64,000 bases of DNA from NCBI RefSeq assembly GCF_947568905.1, contig NC_079172.1, positions 73,780,001 to 73,844,000 of the forward strand. The letters are read 5' to 3'. The translations under genes and the position numbers were made by a program. Position 1 is the first letter of the stretch. Each line of letters opens with the position of its first letter. Below, one piece after another: positions 1 to 26,939 of the stretch. The notes under the pieces are model-generated. The model was given only the letters and a program-made list of their open reading frames with translations, searched no databases and was not told the origin of the DNA. Source of the DNA: Ostrea edulis (lineage: Eukaryota).

Positions 1-144
1 ATGCATTGGATATTGATTAACTTTGGAGAAATGTATGGAATGGAAATTGTGTTAATATTAAGGAATTTATCACCTATATACTAATGAGTATGTCTTTCAT
101 GTATTTGGTCAACTAATTGAGAATTTTTATTTTTTTTTTTCCAG

Positions 145-13617
<13,473 letters not shown>

Positions 13618-13619
<2 letters not shown>

Positions 13620-13623
13620 TAAA
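13618..13623 (+). promoter_or_regulatory. Candidate AATAAA polyadenylation signal overlapping the DDX41 stop codon
   Basis: TAC TAA TAAAG: the hexamer shares bases with the stop codon. Actual use cannot be shown from DNA. Confidence 0.35.
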
Positions 13624-13816
13624 GAGACCGGGCTTCTTACTGGTTGTCACGGAGACAGGATTCTGAACATTAAACCTTTCCAAATCATTCAAAACTACAG
13701 AGGAATATCTGTGATGAGAGGAATATCTGTGATGAGTACTCGGTGAATGAAGTTTTGATGTGGGAATCTGGGGCCAACTTCTGGGGAGTCTTCTCTCCAT
13801 CAAGACGGACAGTGCT

Positions 13817-14345
13817 AACGAAGTGAATTATTTTGTAGCAGTACAAACTGTGTAACGAAGTGAATTATTATGTAACAGTACAAACTGTGTAATGAAGTGA
13901 ATGTAGCAGTACAAACTGTGTAACGAAGTGAATTATTATGTAACAGTACAAACTGTGTAATGAAGTGAATTATTATGTAGCAGTACAAACTGTGTAATGA
14001 AGTGAATTATTATGTAGCAGTACAAACTGTGTAATGAAGTGAATTATTATGTAGCAGTACAAACTCTGTAATGAAGTGAATTATTATGTAGCAGTACAAA
14101 CTGTGTAATGAAGTGAATTATTTTGTAGCAGTACAAACTGTGTAACGAAGTGAATTATTATGTAACAGTACAAACTGTGTAACGAAGTGAATTATTATGT
14201 AACAGTACAAACTGTGTAATGAAGTGAATTATTATGTAGCAGTACAAACTGTGTATTGAATGGAGACTGTATGTAACAGTACAAACTGTGTATTGAATGG
14301 AGACTGTATGTAGCAGTACAAACTGTGTATTAAATGGAGACTGAG
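13817..14345. repeat. 37-bp minisatellite, about 14 units, just 3' of the DDX41 stop
   Basis: Unit AACGAAGTGAATTATTATGTAGCAGTACAAACTGTGT; the last units switch to a TATTGAATGGAGACTGT variant. Confidence 0.92.
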
Positions 14346-15490
14346 GTACACTGGAATCAACATCATGGAGCTGCAAATGTTTGTTATTTCTTTTTCTGTG
14401 AGATTCTTTATAACTGTGTCACTGAGATAAACAAACCTCTCATGTCCATTTGGATGTGGGAGAAACCAAGCATTTGTACTGAAATCATCACTGAGCATAT
14501 TGTTTATTTGTAGAAGGACCTTGTGTTGTTATATTATTGAGCATCAATGTATATTTTTATGATGTACTTCCATTTCTTCCTTTCTCTGTTTCCTTATTGA
14601 TTGAAGTTCTGTACCTCACATTGTAAGCTATATGAAATATAACATGATTAATTACAAGTTAAAAAGAATTATGATTAATAATAATTAATTAATAGTAATT
14701 GTGGCTGGTGATTCATGCTGGGATGCCTATAAAAAAAATTCTTTCCATTGCAATAAACATTGTAAAAATTTTATTATGAATTCGAAAAAAATATTTTCAA
14801 AAGAATTCAACGTCCAGGTGATATGTGGAAGTATTACACATAACTATTGCAATCATTATGTTAGTAGGGGTACCATTTGCTGGTACTTGGAAAATTGATG
14901 CTAAATCTCAGCTTGTATGAATTAATGTTGTAGTTGTACGGGTATTACAGTGCTATAGTACAAGTATTATAGTACAAGTACATGTATTAATCCCGTAGAT
15001 GTACTTTTTATGTGGCCTCTAGAGTAAGCCATTGTCTAGTGATCTGGATGAACAGCTGGTGGGGAACAGCAGGAGGGGGGGTTGTTGTTGTATGAATTCA
15101 TGATCTTAATCACAGACCAGAGAATCATAGTGTAACTATGTATTATAACTGAACATGGTGATAAAAGTCACCATTTTATCAAACTCAGTCTTGCTTTGTC
15201 ATTTTTCACATCGCATAAAGTTTACATTTCTCAAATAGTTGAAAATGAGCACAGGCACCAAAGCTCACTTGAAAAATTTTGACCCCTAGTTTATTATGTA
15301 TATATGCTAAGGGTCTTTTTTTTTAAATCAAGCTTGGTGCCTTTGAAAGTGAGCAATGGGTGTTCAACATGTTCTAAACTATTTATGCACATTTTTGTTG
15401 TCATATGATTTAAGAACTGCTTTGCTAAGAAGATAATGGAGTAAGTTTTTACATTGTTGTTCTTAAAGAATATTGACATCATAGTATGCA

Positions 15491-16845
15491 GTTAGGTGTG
15501 TGGTTAATGAACTTAACATTGACTGATGGGGTAAACAGAGTGGTTAAGTTCCTGTTATAGTTCATAGTTAGCTGTGCTGTTAATGAACTTAACATTGCCT
15601 GATGGGGTAAACAGAGTGGTTGAGTTCCTGTTATAGTTCATAGTTAGGTGTGTGGTTAATGAACTTAACATTGACTGATGGGGTAAACGGAGTGGTTAAG
15701 TTCCTGTTATAGTTCATAGTTAGGTGTGTGGTTAATGAACTTAACATTGACTGATAGGGTAAACAGAGTGGTTAAGTTTCTGTTATAATACATGGTTAGG
15801 TGTGTGGTTAATGAACTTAACATTGACTGATGGGGTAAACGGAGTGGTTAAGTTCCTGTTATAGTTCATAGTTAGGTGTGTGGTTAATGAACTTAACATT
15901 GACTGATGGGGTAAACAGAGTGGTTAAGTTTCTGTTATAGTACATGGTTAGGTGTGTGGTTAATGAACTTAACATTGACTGATGGGGTAAACAGAATGGT
16001 TAAGTTCCTGTTATAGTACATGGTTAGGTGTGTGGTTAATGAACTTAACATTGGCTGATGGGGTAAACAGAGTGGTTAAGTTCCTGTTATAGTTCATGGT
16101 TAGGTGTGTGGTTAATGAACTTAACATTGACTGATGGGGTAAACGGAGTGGTTAAGTTCCTGTTATAGTTCATAGTTAGGTGTGTGGTTAATGAACTTAA
16201 CATTGACTGATGGTGTAAACGGAGTGGTTAAGTTCCTGTTATAGTACATGGTTAGGTGTGTGGTTAATGAACTTAACATTGACTGATGGGGTAAACAGAG
16301 TGGTTAAGTTCCTGTTATAGTTAGGTGTGTGGTTAATGAACTTAACATTGACTGATGGGGTAAACGGAGTGGTTAAGTTCCTGTTATAGTTCATGGTTAG
16401 GTGTGTGGTTAATGAACTTAACATTGACTGATGGGGTAAACAGAGTGGTTAAGTTTCTGTTATAGTACATGGTTAGGTGTGTGGTTAATGAACTTAACAT
16501 TGACTGATGGGGTAAACAGAGTGGTTAAGTTCCTGTTATAGTTCATAGTTAGGTGTGTGGTTAATGAACTTAACATTGGCTGATGGGGTAAACAGAGTGG
16601 TTAAGTTCCTGTTATAGTTCATAGTTAGGTGTGTGGTTAATGAACTTAACATTGACTGATGGGGTAAACAGAGTGGTTAAGTTCCTGTTATAGTTCATAG
16701 TTAGGTGTGTGGTTAATGAACTTAACATTGACTGATGGGGTAAACAGAGTGGTTAAGTTCCTGTTATAGTTCAGTTAGGTGTGTGGTTAATGAACTTAAC
16801 ATTGACTGATGGGGTAAACAGAGTGGTTAAGTTCCTGTTATAGTA
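15491..16845. repeat. 76-bp minisatellite, about 18 units
   Basis: Unit GTTAGGTGTGTGGTTAATGAACTTAACATTGACTGATGGGGTAAACAGAGTGGTTAAGTTCCTGTTATAGTTCATA. Confidence 0.95.
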
Positions 16846-16901
16846 CAAGTACACCTTGATTTTGATAATCAATCAAGGTATGAATACTGGATTCTTTTCT
16901 G

Positions 16902-17273
16902 TTTTTAGCCGAGGTCAAAGGTCAAGGTCACAGTGACCGAAAATAGAATGAAAAATTTGGTTTCCGGATGATAACTCCGATAGTTTAAATCCGAATCAAA
17001 TGAAACTTTGATATATTGTTGGGTACCAGGTAAGGAAGACCCCTATTGATTTTTGAGAAAATAGGTCAAAGTCAAGGTCACAGTGACCTAATTTAGAATG
17101 AAAATTTCAGAAATATTTGGTTTCCGGATGATAACTCAGAAAGTTTAAATCCGAATCAAATGATATTTACAGATATTGTTATGTACCAGGTAATGCCACA
17201 TCATTCCTGACTTTTCAATGTATCCCATGCAACTCGGCTCATGCACCCCTGGGTGCATATACTGATTTTTGTT
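16902..17273 (+). mobile_element. Short non-autonomous Helentron (HINE)-type element
   Basis: T-tract start TTTTTAGCCGAG with subterminal inverse CTCGGCT at 17233, 3' hairpin ATGCACCCCTGGGTGCAT and TTGTT end; about 1.5 internal ~150-bp GGTCAAGGTCACAGTGACC repeats. Confidence 0.7.
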
Positions 17274-17334
17274 ATTTCCGGAAGTAAAGAGTTATCCCAA
17301 AATTCTACTTAAAATGACATTGAGCTCCCTGTGA

Positions 17335-18385
17335 CTTATGTGTGGGTTTGAAGATGTCATCACTGCTGTCATTATGACTTATGTGTGGGTTTGTAGATGT
17401 AAGCACTACTGTGATTGTGACTTATGTGTGGGTTTGTAGATATAAGCACTGTCGTAATTGTGACTTATGTGTGGGTTTGTAGATGTCAGCACTGCTGTCA
17501 TTGTGACTTATGTATAGGTTTGTAGATCCCAGCACTGCTGTGATTGTGGGTTTGAAGATGTCAGCACTGCTGTGATTGTGACTTATGTGTAGATGTAAAC
17601 ACTGCTGTGATTGTGACTTATGTGTAGATGTAAGCACTGCTGTGATTGTGACTTATGTTTGGGTTTGTAGATGTCAGCACTGCTGTGATTGTGACTTATG
17701 TGTGGGTATGTAGATGTAAGCACTGCTGTGATTGTGACTTGTGTGTGGGTTTTTTGTAGATGTAAGCTCTACTGTGATTGTGACTTATGTGTGTGTTTGT
17801 AGATGTCAGCACTGCTGTGATTGTGACTTGTGTGGGTTTGTAGATCTCAGCACTGCTGTGATTGTGACTTGTGTGGGTTTGTAGATCTCAGCACTGTTGT
17901 GATTGTGACTTATGTGTAGATGTCAGCACTGCTGTGGTTGTGACTTATGTGTGGGTTTGTAGATGTAAGCACTGCTGTGATTGTGACTTATGTGTAGATG
18001 TCAGCACTGCTGTGATTGTGACTTATGTGTGGGTTTGTAGATGTAAGCACTACTGTGATTGTGACTTATGTGTAGGTTTGTAGATGTAAGCACTACTGTG
18101 ATTGTGACTTATGTGTAGATGTCAGCACTGCTGTGATTGTGACTTGTGTGGGTTTGTAGATGTAAGCACTGCTGTGATTGTGACTAATGTGTGTGTTTGT
18201 AGATGTAAGCACTACTGTGATTGTGACTTATGTGTAGGTTTGTAGATGTAAGCACTGCTGTGATTGTGACTTATGTGTAGATGTCAGCACTGCTGTGATT
18301 GTGACTTGTGTGGGTTTGTAGATGTAAGCACTGCTGTCATTGTGACTTATGTGTGGGTTTGTAGATGTAAGCACTGCTGTGATTT
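17335..18385. repeat. 43/35-bp minisatellite (two length variants interspersed)
   Basis: Unit CACTGCTGTGATTGTGACTTATGTGT(GGGTTTGT)AGATGTAAG. Confidence 0.93.
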
Positions 18386-19629
18386 GGACTCTAGCATACT
18401 CACTTTGTGTCTTAACTCAGAACAGATCAAAGGCCAATGATAAAGAGCGATTTATTAACACTTCTGTCGTGACGTAATCTTGAGTGAAGTTATTTGTAGT
18501 TCTGTATGATAATGGGCGGTTCATTAACACTTGTTATGACATTTTAAGGATTTAAGTATTTGTCATAGCTCACACGAAATCCTGTTGATGGGGGAGTTGG
18601 ATGACCCCAGCTGTATATATGATAAATGGCTAGATATGTTCGATAAATCGATAAAAGCAGTATTGAGAACACATGTATATCTTCTCATCGCTGAAATATT
18701 GATGGGGGTGTCATATTTAAGGAATCTGTTGCCATTTGCGGTGAACGTCCGGAAGAATGTATAATTAAATTGTGGGGTTTGGGGGGGGGGGGTTCAAAAG
18801 GGAATATGACCCAAATTTGTATTTTCCCGTCCAAGATGGGAGGTGGGATTGAAGACTCCACAATGGCAAAAAATGACCCTTTCTCTTATTTTTAAATAAA
18901 AAATTCAACCAAAGGGTGGGATGCAACCCAACTTCTGTAACCCCCTATAGATCCACCACTGAGTAACATATAAGTTACGCTATGTGCGTGTCTTCATGTT
19001 ATATACTAAACATCGTTAATATTAAAGGTTTAATGTGAAGCGGTCCGTGGGGCTCCTTTACTGCTAAATTCTGTGTCATCCCCTTTATGACCTAGAAATC
19101 ATTCAACAATTACATATGCCCCCCTCCCCCTTTCCACTGTTGAACTCCCAATGTCCTGTCACCGCCCGAAAATCCTACAGGCTCCCCAATGGTAGAGTGA
19201 CGTATCCAGGTATTTTGGGTATACATGGTAATATATCTATCTGCAGAGTTTGATCCCTGGAGTCGAGTGCTTACTTAGACCCGCTTTTATAGCCTAATTC
19301 TGGTGTTTGTTTGTGTTTGTAATGGTATATGGCCACTCATTGATAGATAGGTTCCGGACGTGAGTCGCGCGTGTTAAGAGGTGCAGCTTCCTGGATTGTG
19401 TCATAACCCGCAACCACCACTGCTCGGGCTGTGTTGTGTGGGATTTACTACGAACAACAGGTATCAAAGTTTTAAATACATGTATCTTGTTTGTGGAGGA
19501 AAAGATTGTATAGGGGTTGTTGGGGTTTTTTTTTTGGGGGGGGGGGGGGTGATGGTTACGTCCCATAGGAGAATTATTTACTCATGTGTGTGTACTTACT
19601 CCTCTCTCTTTCTCTCGTGTACTCACTCC

Positions 19630-19645
19630 TCCCTCCCTCTCTCTG

Positions 19646-19702
<57 letters not shown>
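19630..19702. repeat. Compound (CT)n(AT)n microsatellite
   Basis: Direct reading. Confidence 0.85.
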
Positions 19703-20889
19703 CACAGCACCAATGTGAGATTTCGAGGCTTTTTTTCCCAAACAGTTAATACATAGTGTGTATAACTTTGTATGGATATTGAAATGATCTGTCAGACAAG
19801 GAAGAAGTGAATTGTCAAAATGCAGATATTCTCACTTAATACATTGTAAATAAAAAAAATTTTAAAAAACCACCTCTACTTTGAAGGATGTCTATGGAAT
19901 AACCCATTGGAGACAGGAAAACATTCTTGACACTTAATGGCGACAAACTTGCTTATTCTAATTTTTAATGTGCGTATGTGTGATTCCGATTCGTATAGCG
20001 TGATGGTCAGAAACATTTGGGGTTGTTGCCAAATCACGTGGTCACATAAAATCTTCATCCCCCAGCCGCCTGTCAATTATCGTGTGCATGCAAGTTCAAA
20101 CAAAGTTCGATTACAGGGTATTGTAATGGGAGAAATATTTAAAATCGGCGTTTAAAGTAGAATTTTAAAGGTCTCCAAATTTATACGTGGGACAAAAAAT
20201 TTCAGATCGTTGAGGGGAAAAGGAGGGGGTGTTCTGAGATATATAGATACACTATCTTATTAGCACAAAAACACAGGGGTATTGTTGCGATCCATGCCTA
20301 TGACTAGATCTGCAAAGTATGAAGTATGTATATTTCACCCCCCCCCTCCCACCCCCAAATTATTATTGACCACCCCCCCCCCTCAAAATTCCTTGAAGAA
20401 TAATTGGCCATCATGGGACGATATGAAATTCATGCCATTCAAAACAATTTAAACATATATATAAAAAATGCAGCGTCCGATAAAAAAAGTACAAGACAAA
20501 CACCATTGCGTGCTATAACAATCGCTTTATAGAATTATGATAATAACAGTAATTAAAAAAGGCTATCGTAGTCTGTGCACAGAGTTACTTATATTACATG
20601 TATCAGATAAGATTATTTTTGTACCTAAGATTATGATGTAATAATTATTATGTAAAAAATGAATGTAATTTAGATGTACGTGTATATACTCTTTGACAAA
20701 GGGACTACGTAATACCAGCTCATATATATTTTAATCTTGCATTGATTCTCGACTATTGGGGCATTTAATTAAAGTGTCATTACTCAAGGGATTGATTGCA
20801 AGGTTGATCGACTATTTAATTGCGATGTGTACGTGATGGAAGTTAAATGTAATAATTTGTCTTTTATTCAAAACGAGATATATAACAAT

Positions 20890-21310
20890 GAGGCCAAATC
20901 TGTAAGTTTCACATCAATAATGACAAATATGTCAGTTTCACATCAATGATGTCAAATCTGTCAGTTTCACATCAATGATGTCAAATCTGTCAGTTTCACA
21001 TCAATGATGTCAAATCTGTCAGTTTCACATCAATGATGTCAAATCTGTACGTTTCATATCAATAATGACAAATCTGTAAGTTTCACATCAATAATGACAA
21101 ATCTGTCAGTTTCACATCAATGATGTCAAATCTGTCAGTTTCACATCAATGATGTCAAATCTGTACGTTTCATATCAATAATGACAAATCTGTAAGTTTC
21201 ACATCAATAATGACAAATCTGTCAGTTTCACATCAATGATGTCAAATCTGAAAGTTTCACATCAATGATGACAAATCTCTTAAGTTTCACAAAAATCTGT
21301 AAGTTTCACA
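20890..21310. repeat. 29-bp minisatellite, about 14 units
   Basis: Unit GTCAGTTTCACATCAATGATGTCAAATCT with variants. Confidence 0.92.
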
Positions 21311-21876
21311 ACAATGACGTAATTTCAATAAGTTTCACGTGTGTAGATTTCTTTCCATAACCCATACATGGCGACAGAAAGAAATCAAAATTATCAATAA
21401 ATGTTTGTATTTACATTTCCAATGTTTTTGTTTTTGGTGTCTTCACAAATTGTAATGATAGCCATTTCCTCGTGATTGAGGGGGAGTTGTGAACAATTAA
21501 TGCGGGGGAGTTGTGAACAGTGCACGTATATATGATTAGTATATCTATTTTAACGGCTGAGAATTCTGACAGAAATGAAAGTAGAATGTAGATATGAATT
21601 TTGAAAATACTATGCGAAGCACTTTTATGTTAAGTTTATGAGTAAAATGTCCGGAGTTTGCACATCGATAAATTCTTCAAAAAGAATGTTTGATTCTTAT
21701 AATTCCAATTCATTGACTTTATTAACAATTGCAAAAAATTGAATAGTTTCCCCGCACTATGTTATTTGTTTTCAGGCGTGTATGAATACATCGCGTTTTC
21801 GGATTTATTGATGTATAAACTCTTGTTCTTATTTTTGTCCAATCAAAACAATTGTAACAAATAATATTGGAATTAT

Positions 21877-21982
21877 ATGAAGGTATGAACTGCAACGCCT
21901 CACCCCGGCCTGCTTCTCGTGAAATCGCGGTACATGTCGTCATGAAGCTTTGCAGTTCATACCTCCCATGTATTTTGAAAAA
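21877..21982 (-). mobile_element. Second copy (inverted) of the 10039 family
   Basis: ATGAAGGTATGAACTGCAA ... TTGCAGTTCATACCTCCCATGTATTTTGAAAA. Confidence 0.7.
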
Positions 21983-22599
21983 TGAAATTTATTCTCAAGG
22001 TTTTTCTTTTCTTAAAATACATAAGAACTGACATATTCGAACTTTTTAATAAAAAATAAAAAAAAACCTGCTGAATTTATCCTCGTGTGTATAAATCGTT
22101 CTAAAATATCAGCTTGTTTATCATGTCCATTACCGTGATAATGTACGTGTAAATTTTTTTTTCCTGGGGTAGGAATGTGCCACTACTAAATCGATTTCAT
22201 GCTGCGCCGCATAAAAGTTGTAAGAAATATAATCACCTAAAAAATGAGAGATTATTCCGCCCGACTAATTTCATCCTCGTACGTATACCATTAAAGACTG
22301 GGTAAACAAAATACTACTTTTGCCCCAATTGTGTGTCCGGTTCCCTCTATAATTGTGATAGTTGTGTGTTGAACGGTGAGTTTGCGGGGTCGGAGTTTGG
22401 AAGAAAGGAGTGTTGTAATATATAGACGCTGTACTGTTCATGTATAAGTACTCACTGTACTATACATGTATAAGTACTCACTGTATTGTTCATGTATATA
22501 AGTACTCACTTTGATAAGAATCCTGAGCTTGAAGTTTGAGAAAGAAATCAGCCCCCGGCGTTGCCCATCTCTCATCTACCCTAGCTTAGTGCCCGACTC

Positions 22600-22713
22600 G
22601 CTTACTCTCACGAGATGAGACTTACTCTCATGAGATGTCTCATGAGACTTACTCTCACGAGATGAGACTTACTCTCACGAGATGAGACTTACTCTCATGA
22701 GATGAGAGTAAGC
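22600..22713. repeat. 20-bp partly palindromic repeat bounded by an 11-bp inverted repeat
   Basis: GCTTACTCTCA ... TGAGAGTAAGC enclosing CTTACTCTCAC/TGAGATGAGA units. Confidence 0.75.
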
Positions 22714-24334
22714 AAATCTGGCACTGACTTGACTAGCGAAGATGCCCATCTTAGGGCATTAGCTTTTGTGTGTAATTTTCATTTGATTACAATTCAATTT
22801 TAAATAAACAATACAATTACATGTATTTCAAACGCTTTCCCAGCCCTGCTTCCCCAGAGACTGTGATGAGTTATAATTGATTTTAAAATGCGACACATCG
22901 CATCATTCACAGGGGATTTGCAATGATAAGAAGTCTCTATAGTTTCCCGTTTTATAGTTCCTGTTTCGCTGCTAGTGCTGGTTTGTTCATATTTAATTAG
23001 TCTTAATTAACAGTCTCCCGTTATTTTAACGTACTAGCCGGGTTTACCAGCGACAACCTGTTGACTGTTGTTGATAGCATAGATCTGCATTTAAATATCG
23101 GTCATTGTATGTACACACCATCCTGATACATACAACAATAGACATTAAATTTTCCGCGGCCATATTCTGTGGTTTAAACCTTTACTGGTGTGGAAGTTTA
23201 TTGGAAATTTGAACATTTGTTGTTAAAAGGTGAGCTTTCTTTGAAAATGAATCTACGAAATATGAGGGAAACGTAGCCTTTAGTACGAGAATACTGTAAA
23301 GTGTGGCTTGAATATATCTTATTGGTATGATAAAGAGGATGAGAAATAATCGCTGTAGCTTACATGTCCTTCTGCTTACTAGTGATTAATTCATAATTGT
23401 CAGTCGAAATATGTAGAAATCTTACAGAAACATATCATATGGAAATAGGCGTATACTATAGACTTATTAAGTAAACCTACACGAGTCGTGAATAAATTTA
23501 TTAAAAAGCATAAACCTTTTGAATATATACATCGTATGTTCAGTTAGCAAGGTGAAACTCCCTATACCCTATATTCCCCCCCCCCCCCTCTTTTATATAT
23601 ATATATATATATTTTTACCTCTCTGGTCTTTTACTGGGTGTGTTTTTATTTTGTTGGTTTTTGGGGTTTGTTTTGTTTTATTATGTGTGGGTTAAGGGGA
23701 GGGGTGAACAATTCAATATTTGATCGTTAGTTTGAGACATGCACAAGCATGTATTAACAAAATCTGGGTTTTTTGTGGATTGATTATTCAGCATTAGGTA
23801 ATCTCTCACGACTTGATAGTTCGGATATTGTTGACACCCATGCTGTGAACTCGCAACCCGTGAAGCGTGAGGAGTTTCGCTTTGTTAACTGAACATACTA
23901 GTTATTCAAACTTTGTTTCACCACCAAAAAAAAAGGTTTAAAACTTAAATTATAGTCACTGGTTTTCACATAACAGTAAACGGTAACACCAGGAAGTTTA
24001 ATGTTAATCTTCAAAAGCAGGATACCGACGAAACAGGAAGAAAATACTTGTTTCGAGTATCCTATACGAACCACTTCCATTGGTATCGGCAATGATATGG
24101 GGGAAATGGGTATATTTCAAAATCTCTTGCTATGCATTATCAGCACATCACACTGAGAGCTGTCCTCATCATGATTGGACCATTTTATTATTACTTCATC
24201 GCAAAGAGTTCTAATCACAAGTATAGGAGAAGATATATCGCACAAATAATCTTGTATCATTATGTATGACAACTTAAAAATAATTTTGAACTTGAATTAT
24301 CTAATAGTTGAGCGATCTGGAAATGACCCCCCTA

Positions 24335-24468
24335 CAGTGGCGTAGCTACAGAGTAGCACTGTATGCATGTCCTTACAAACATTTTCGTTAAATGTTTATA
24401 TTACAATAAATGTCCTCAGCTTCTGGGTGGGGGGGGGGGGGGATATTTCAACCCTAGCTACGCCACTG
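24335..24468. mobile_element. 134-bp MITE, 14-bp perfect TIR, 5-bp TSD
   Basis: CAGTGGCGTAGCTA ... TAGCTACGCCACTG flanked by CCCTA on both sides. Confidence 0.85.
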
Positions 24469-25349
24469 CCCTAAATCCTTCACAGACGTAAAAATTTATG
24501 TTTTACATGACAAGCTTCATTAGAGATTCTGTAATAACGATGTGTGTTTACTACAAACTTTTAAATTACTTTTGTTTTAAGATTAAACATCGTTCAAGAA
24601 ACACCCTGCGGTTTTGTAGGATATGTGTATAAAAGCTGCATACGTAATTAGCATTTGAAAAATGTGTCTCAAAAATACAACCAATAGTATTTGTTCTACA
24701 AAAATGTCGTTTATGAAAACTAGCTAGATTGAAATAAATCCATATGATGGGCAGATATTTGAGTTATTTTGATACCTATGTTCTCCAGACGCATGGGCTC
24801 GCGGTCTACACGTATTGAGTATTTGATCAATGGTAATTATTCGACAAACAATGCCCTGATTAGCTTAGGTCGTTGTCGGGACAAATATAGGTGTATATAT
24901 ACAACAAGTTAAATTACGTGCGTAGATACACATCTCTTCTTCCCTTTAAGCCATGCTGCAAATCTGATTCATCAATTTACATTGTATTAGTGAATGGTTA
25001 CAAACAAAACGATTCATGTCCTGTCTAAAATTGGCAAGATTTGAAGCATATATTCCAACATTAGACACCTGAGTGTCGCGGAGCGTCAGTGGTATTATGG
25101 ATTCTTTGTCCGCAGACGACTTTGTCATCTCCAAGAATATTATTTCGAACCAGAAGTTCACATTTGACTGATTAAATCATTTTTATAACAGAAATGTCAC
25201 GCAATAGTATGACTGCACAATGCTTTTATCATTATAATGAAAAGTGAAGTTTTCTCGAAAGGAATCAAATTTTGCGTCGAACTGAAATAGCAATCACTTT
25301 TTAAACACGTCCGGTCTCCGTTAAGGTTCATTTTTTTTTTTTTCACGAT

Positions 25350-26200
25350 TTCGCGGTTTATTTGTAGTTTTCTGATGATGGTGTTGATTTCGCGGTTTAT
25401 TTGTAGTTTGCTGATGATGGTATTGATTTCGCGGTTTATTTGTAGTTTTCTGTTGATGGTGTTGATTTCGCGGTTTATTTGTAGTTTGCTGATGATGGTG
25501 TTGATTTCGCGGTTTATTTGTAGTTTGCTGATGATGGTGTTGATTTCGCGGTTTATTTGTAGTTTGCTGATGATGGTGTTGATTTCGCGGTTTATTTGTA
25601 GTTTTCTGTTGATGGTGCTGATTTCGCGTTTTATTTGTAGTTTGCTGATGATGGTGTTGATTTCGCGGTTTATTTGTAGTTTGCTGATGATGGTGTTGAT
25701 TTCGCGGTTTATTTGTAGTTTGCTGATGATGGTGTTGATTTCGCGGTTTATTTGTAGTTTTCTGTTGATGGTGCTGATTTCGCGTTTTATTTGTAGTTTG
25801 CTGATGATGGTGCTGATTTCGCGGTTTATTTGTAGTTTTCTGATGATGGTGTTGATTTCGCGGTTTATTTGCAGTTTTCTGATGATGGTGTTGATTTCGC
25901 GGTTTATTTGTAGTTTTCTGATGATGGTGTTGATTTCGCGGTTTATTTGTAGTTTTCTATTGATGATGTTGATTTTGCGGTTTATTTGTAGTTTTCTGAT
26001 GGTGATGTTGATTTCGCTGTTTATTTGTAGTTTGCTGATGATGGTATTGATTTCGCGGTTTATTTGTAGTTTGCTGATGATGGTATTGATTTCGCGGTTT
26101 ATTTGTAGTTTTCTGATGATGGTATTGATTTCGCGGTTTATTTGTAGTTTGCTGATGATGGTGTTGATTTCGCGGTTTATTTGTAGTTTGCTGATATGGT
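25350..26200. repeat. 39-bp minisatellite, about 22 units
   Basis: Unit TTCGCGGTTTATTTGTAGTTTGCTGATGATGGTGTTGAT; explains the 275-aa periodic ORF. Confidence 0.95.
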
Positions 26201-26877
26201 GATGTTGAGGTCAATGTTCTAAAGGTCATTCAAGTCAACGTGACGTCTACTAGGATATCCTCTTCATATCGCACAATAACAACATTTCAAACATTACAAC
26301 TCACTAGTGCGTACCACGTAACAACGTCTCCAACCTCGAGCACATGCGCGCGCTACTCACGTCAGTATCAAACTACTCACGTCAGTATCAAAAATATATT
26401 TGTGTACATACTTTATTCAAAAAGATTACTCAACACGATTTTCTGTTGACTACTGACTTTTCATTTGGACAAACAACATCGAGTGAAGGTATTACACTGT
26501 ACTTACGGGGCGGATCTAGGATTTCTTCTACGCCAGTCTCCGTCTATGTAATTGTTAGTTTGTTTTAGAATTCGTGATCATCCGTCACTTGTCTCCCCGA
26601 CAGCCATATTCGTGGATCATTTTCTGTGACTAATAAAAAATAAAAGCATAAAATGAATTCTTGAAAGGGGGATAAAATGAAGATCAATACCCAACTTTGA
26701 AAACACAGCTGATTAATGTCTTTATATTGATCGTTAATAATTCTAAAAAGCAATTTCCCCCTGTTATTTTTATTTATAACAATGGTAATTTTTTATAGTT
26801 GTTTTGAAAAAAAGAAGAAATTGCACTAAAGATTTGTCAGAATAAAGACATCAGTTGGATGCATGCTTTGAAAATTT

Positions 26878-26879
<2 letters not shown>

Positions 26880-26936
<57 letters not shown>
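26880..26936. repeat. (GA)n microsatellite
   Basis: Direct reading. Confidence 0.95.

Positions 26937-26939
<3 letters not shown>

Noticed and set aside
19340-19466. CpG-rich patch ending in CAG|GTATCA, a possible distal prominin promoter or 5' exon
   Set aside because: Weak donor 17 kb from the first coding exon, with no supporting evidence in the sequence; needs CAGE or RNA-seq.
25375-26202. 275-aa hydrophobic repeat ORF
   Set aside because: Translation of a 39-bp minisatellite.
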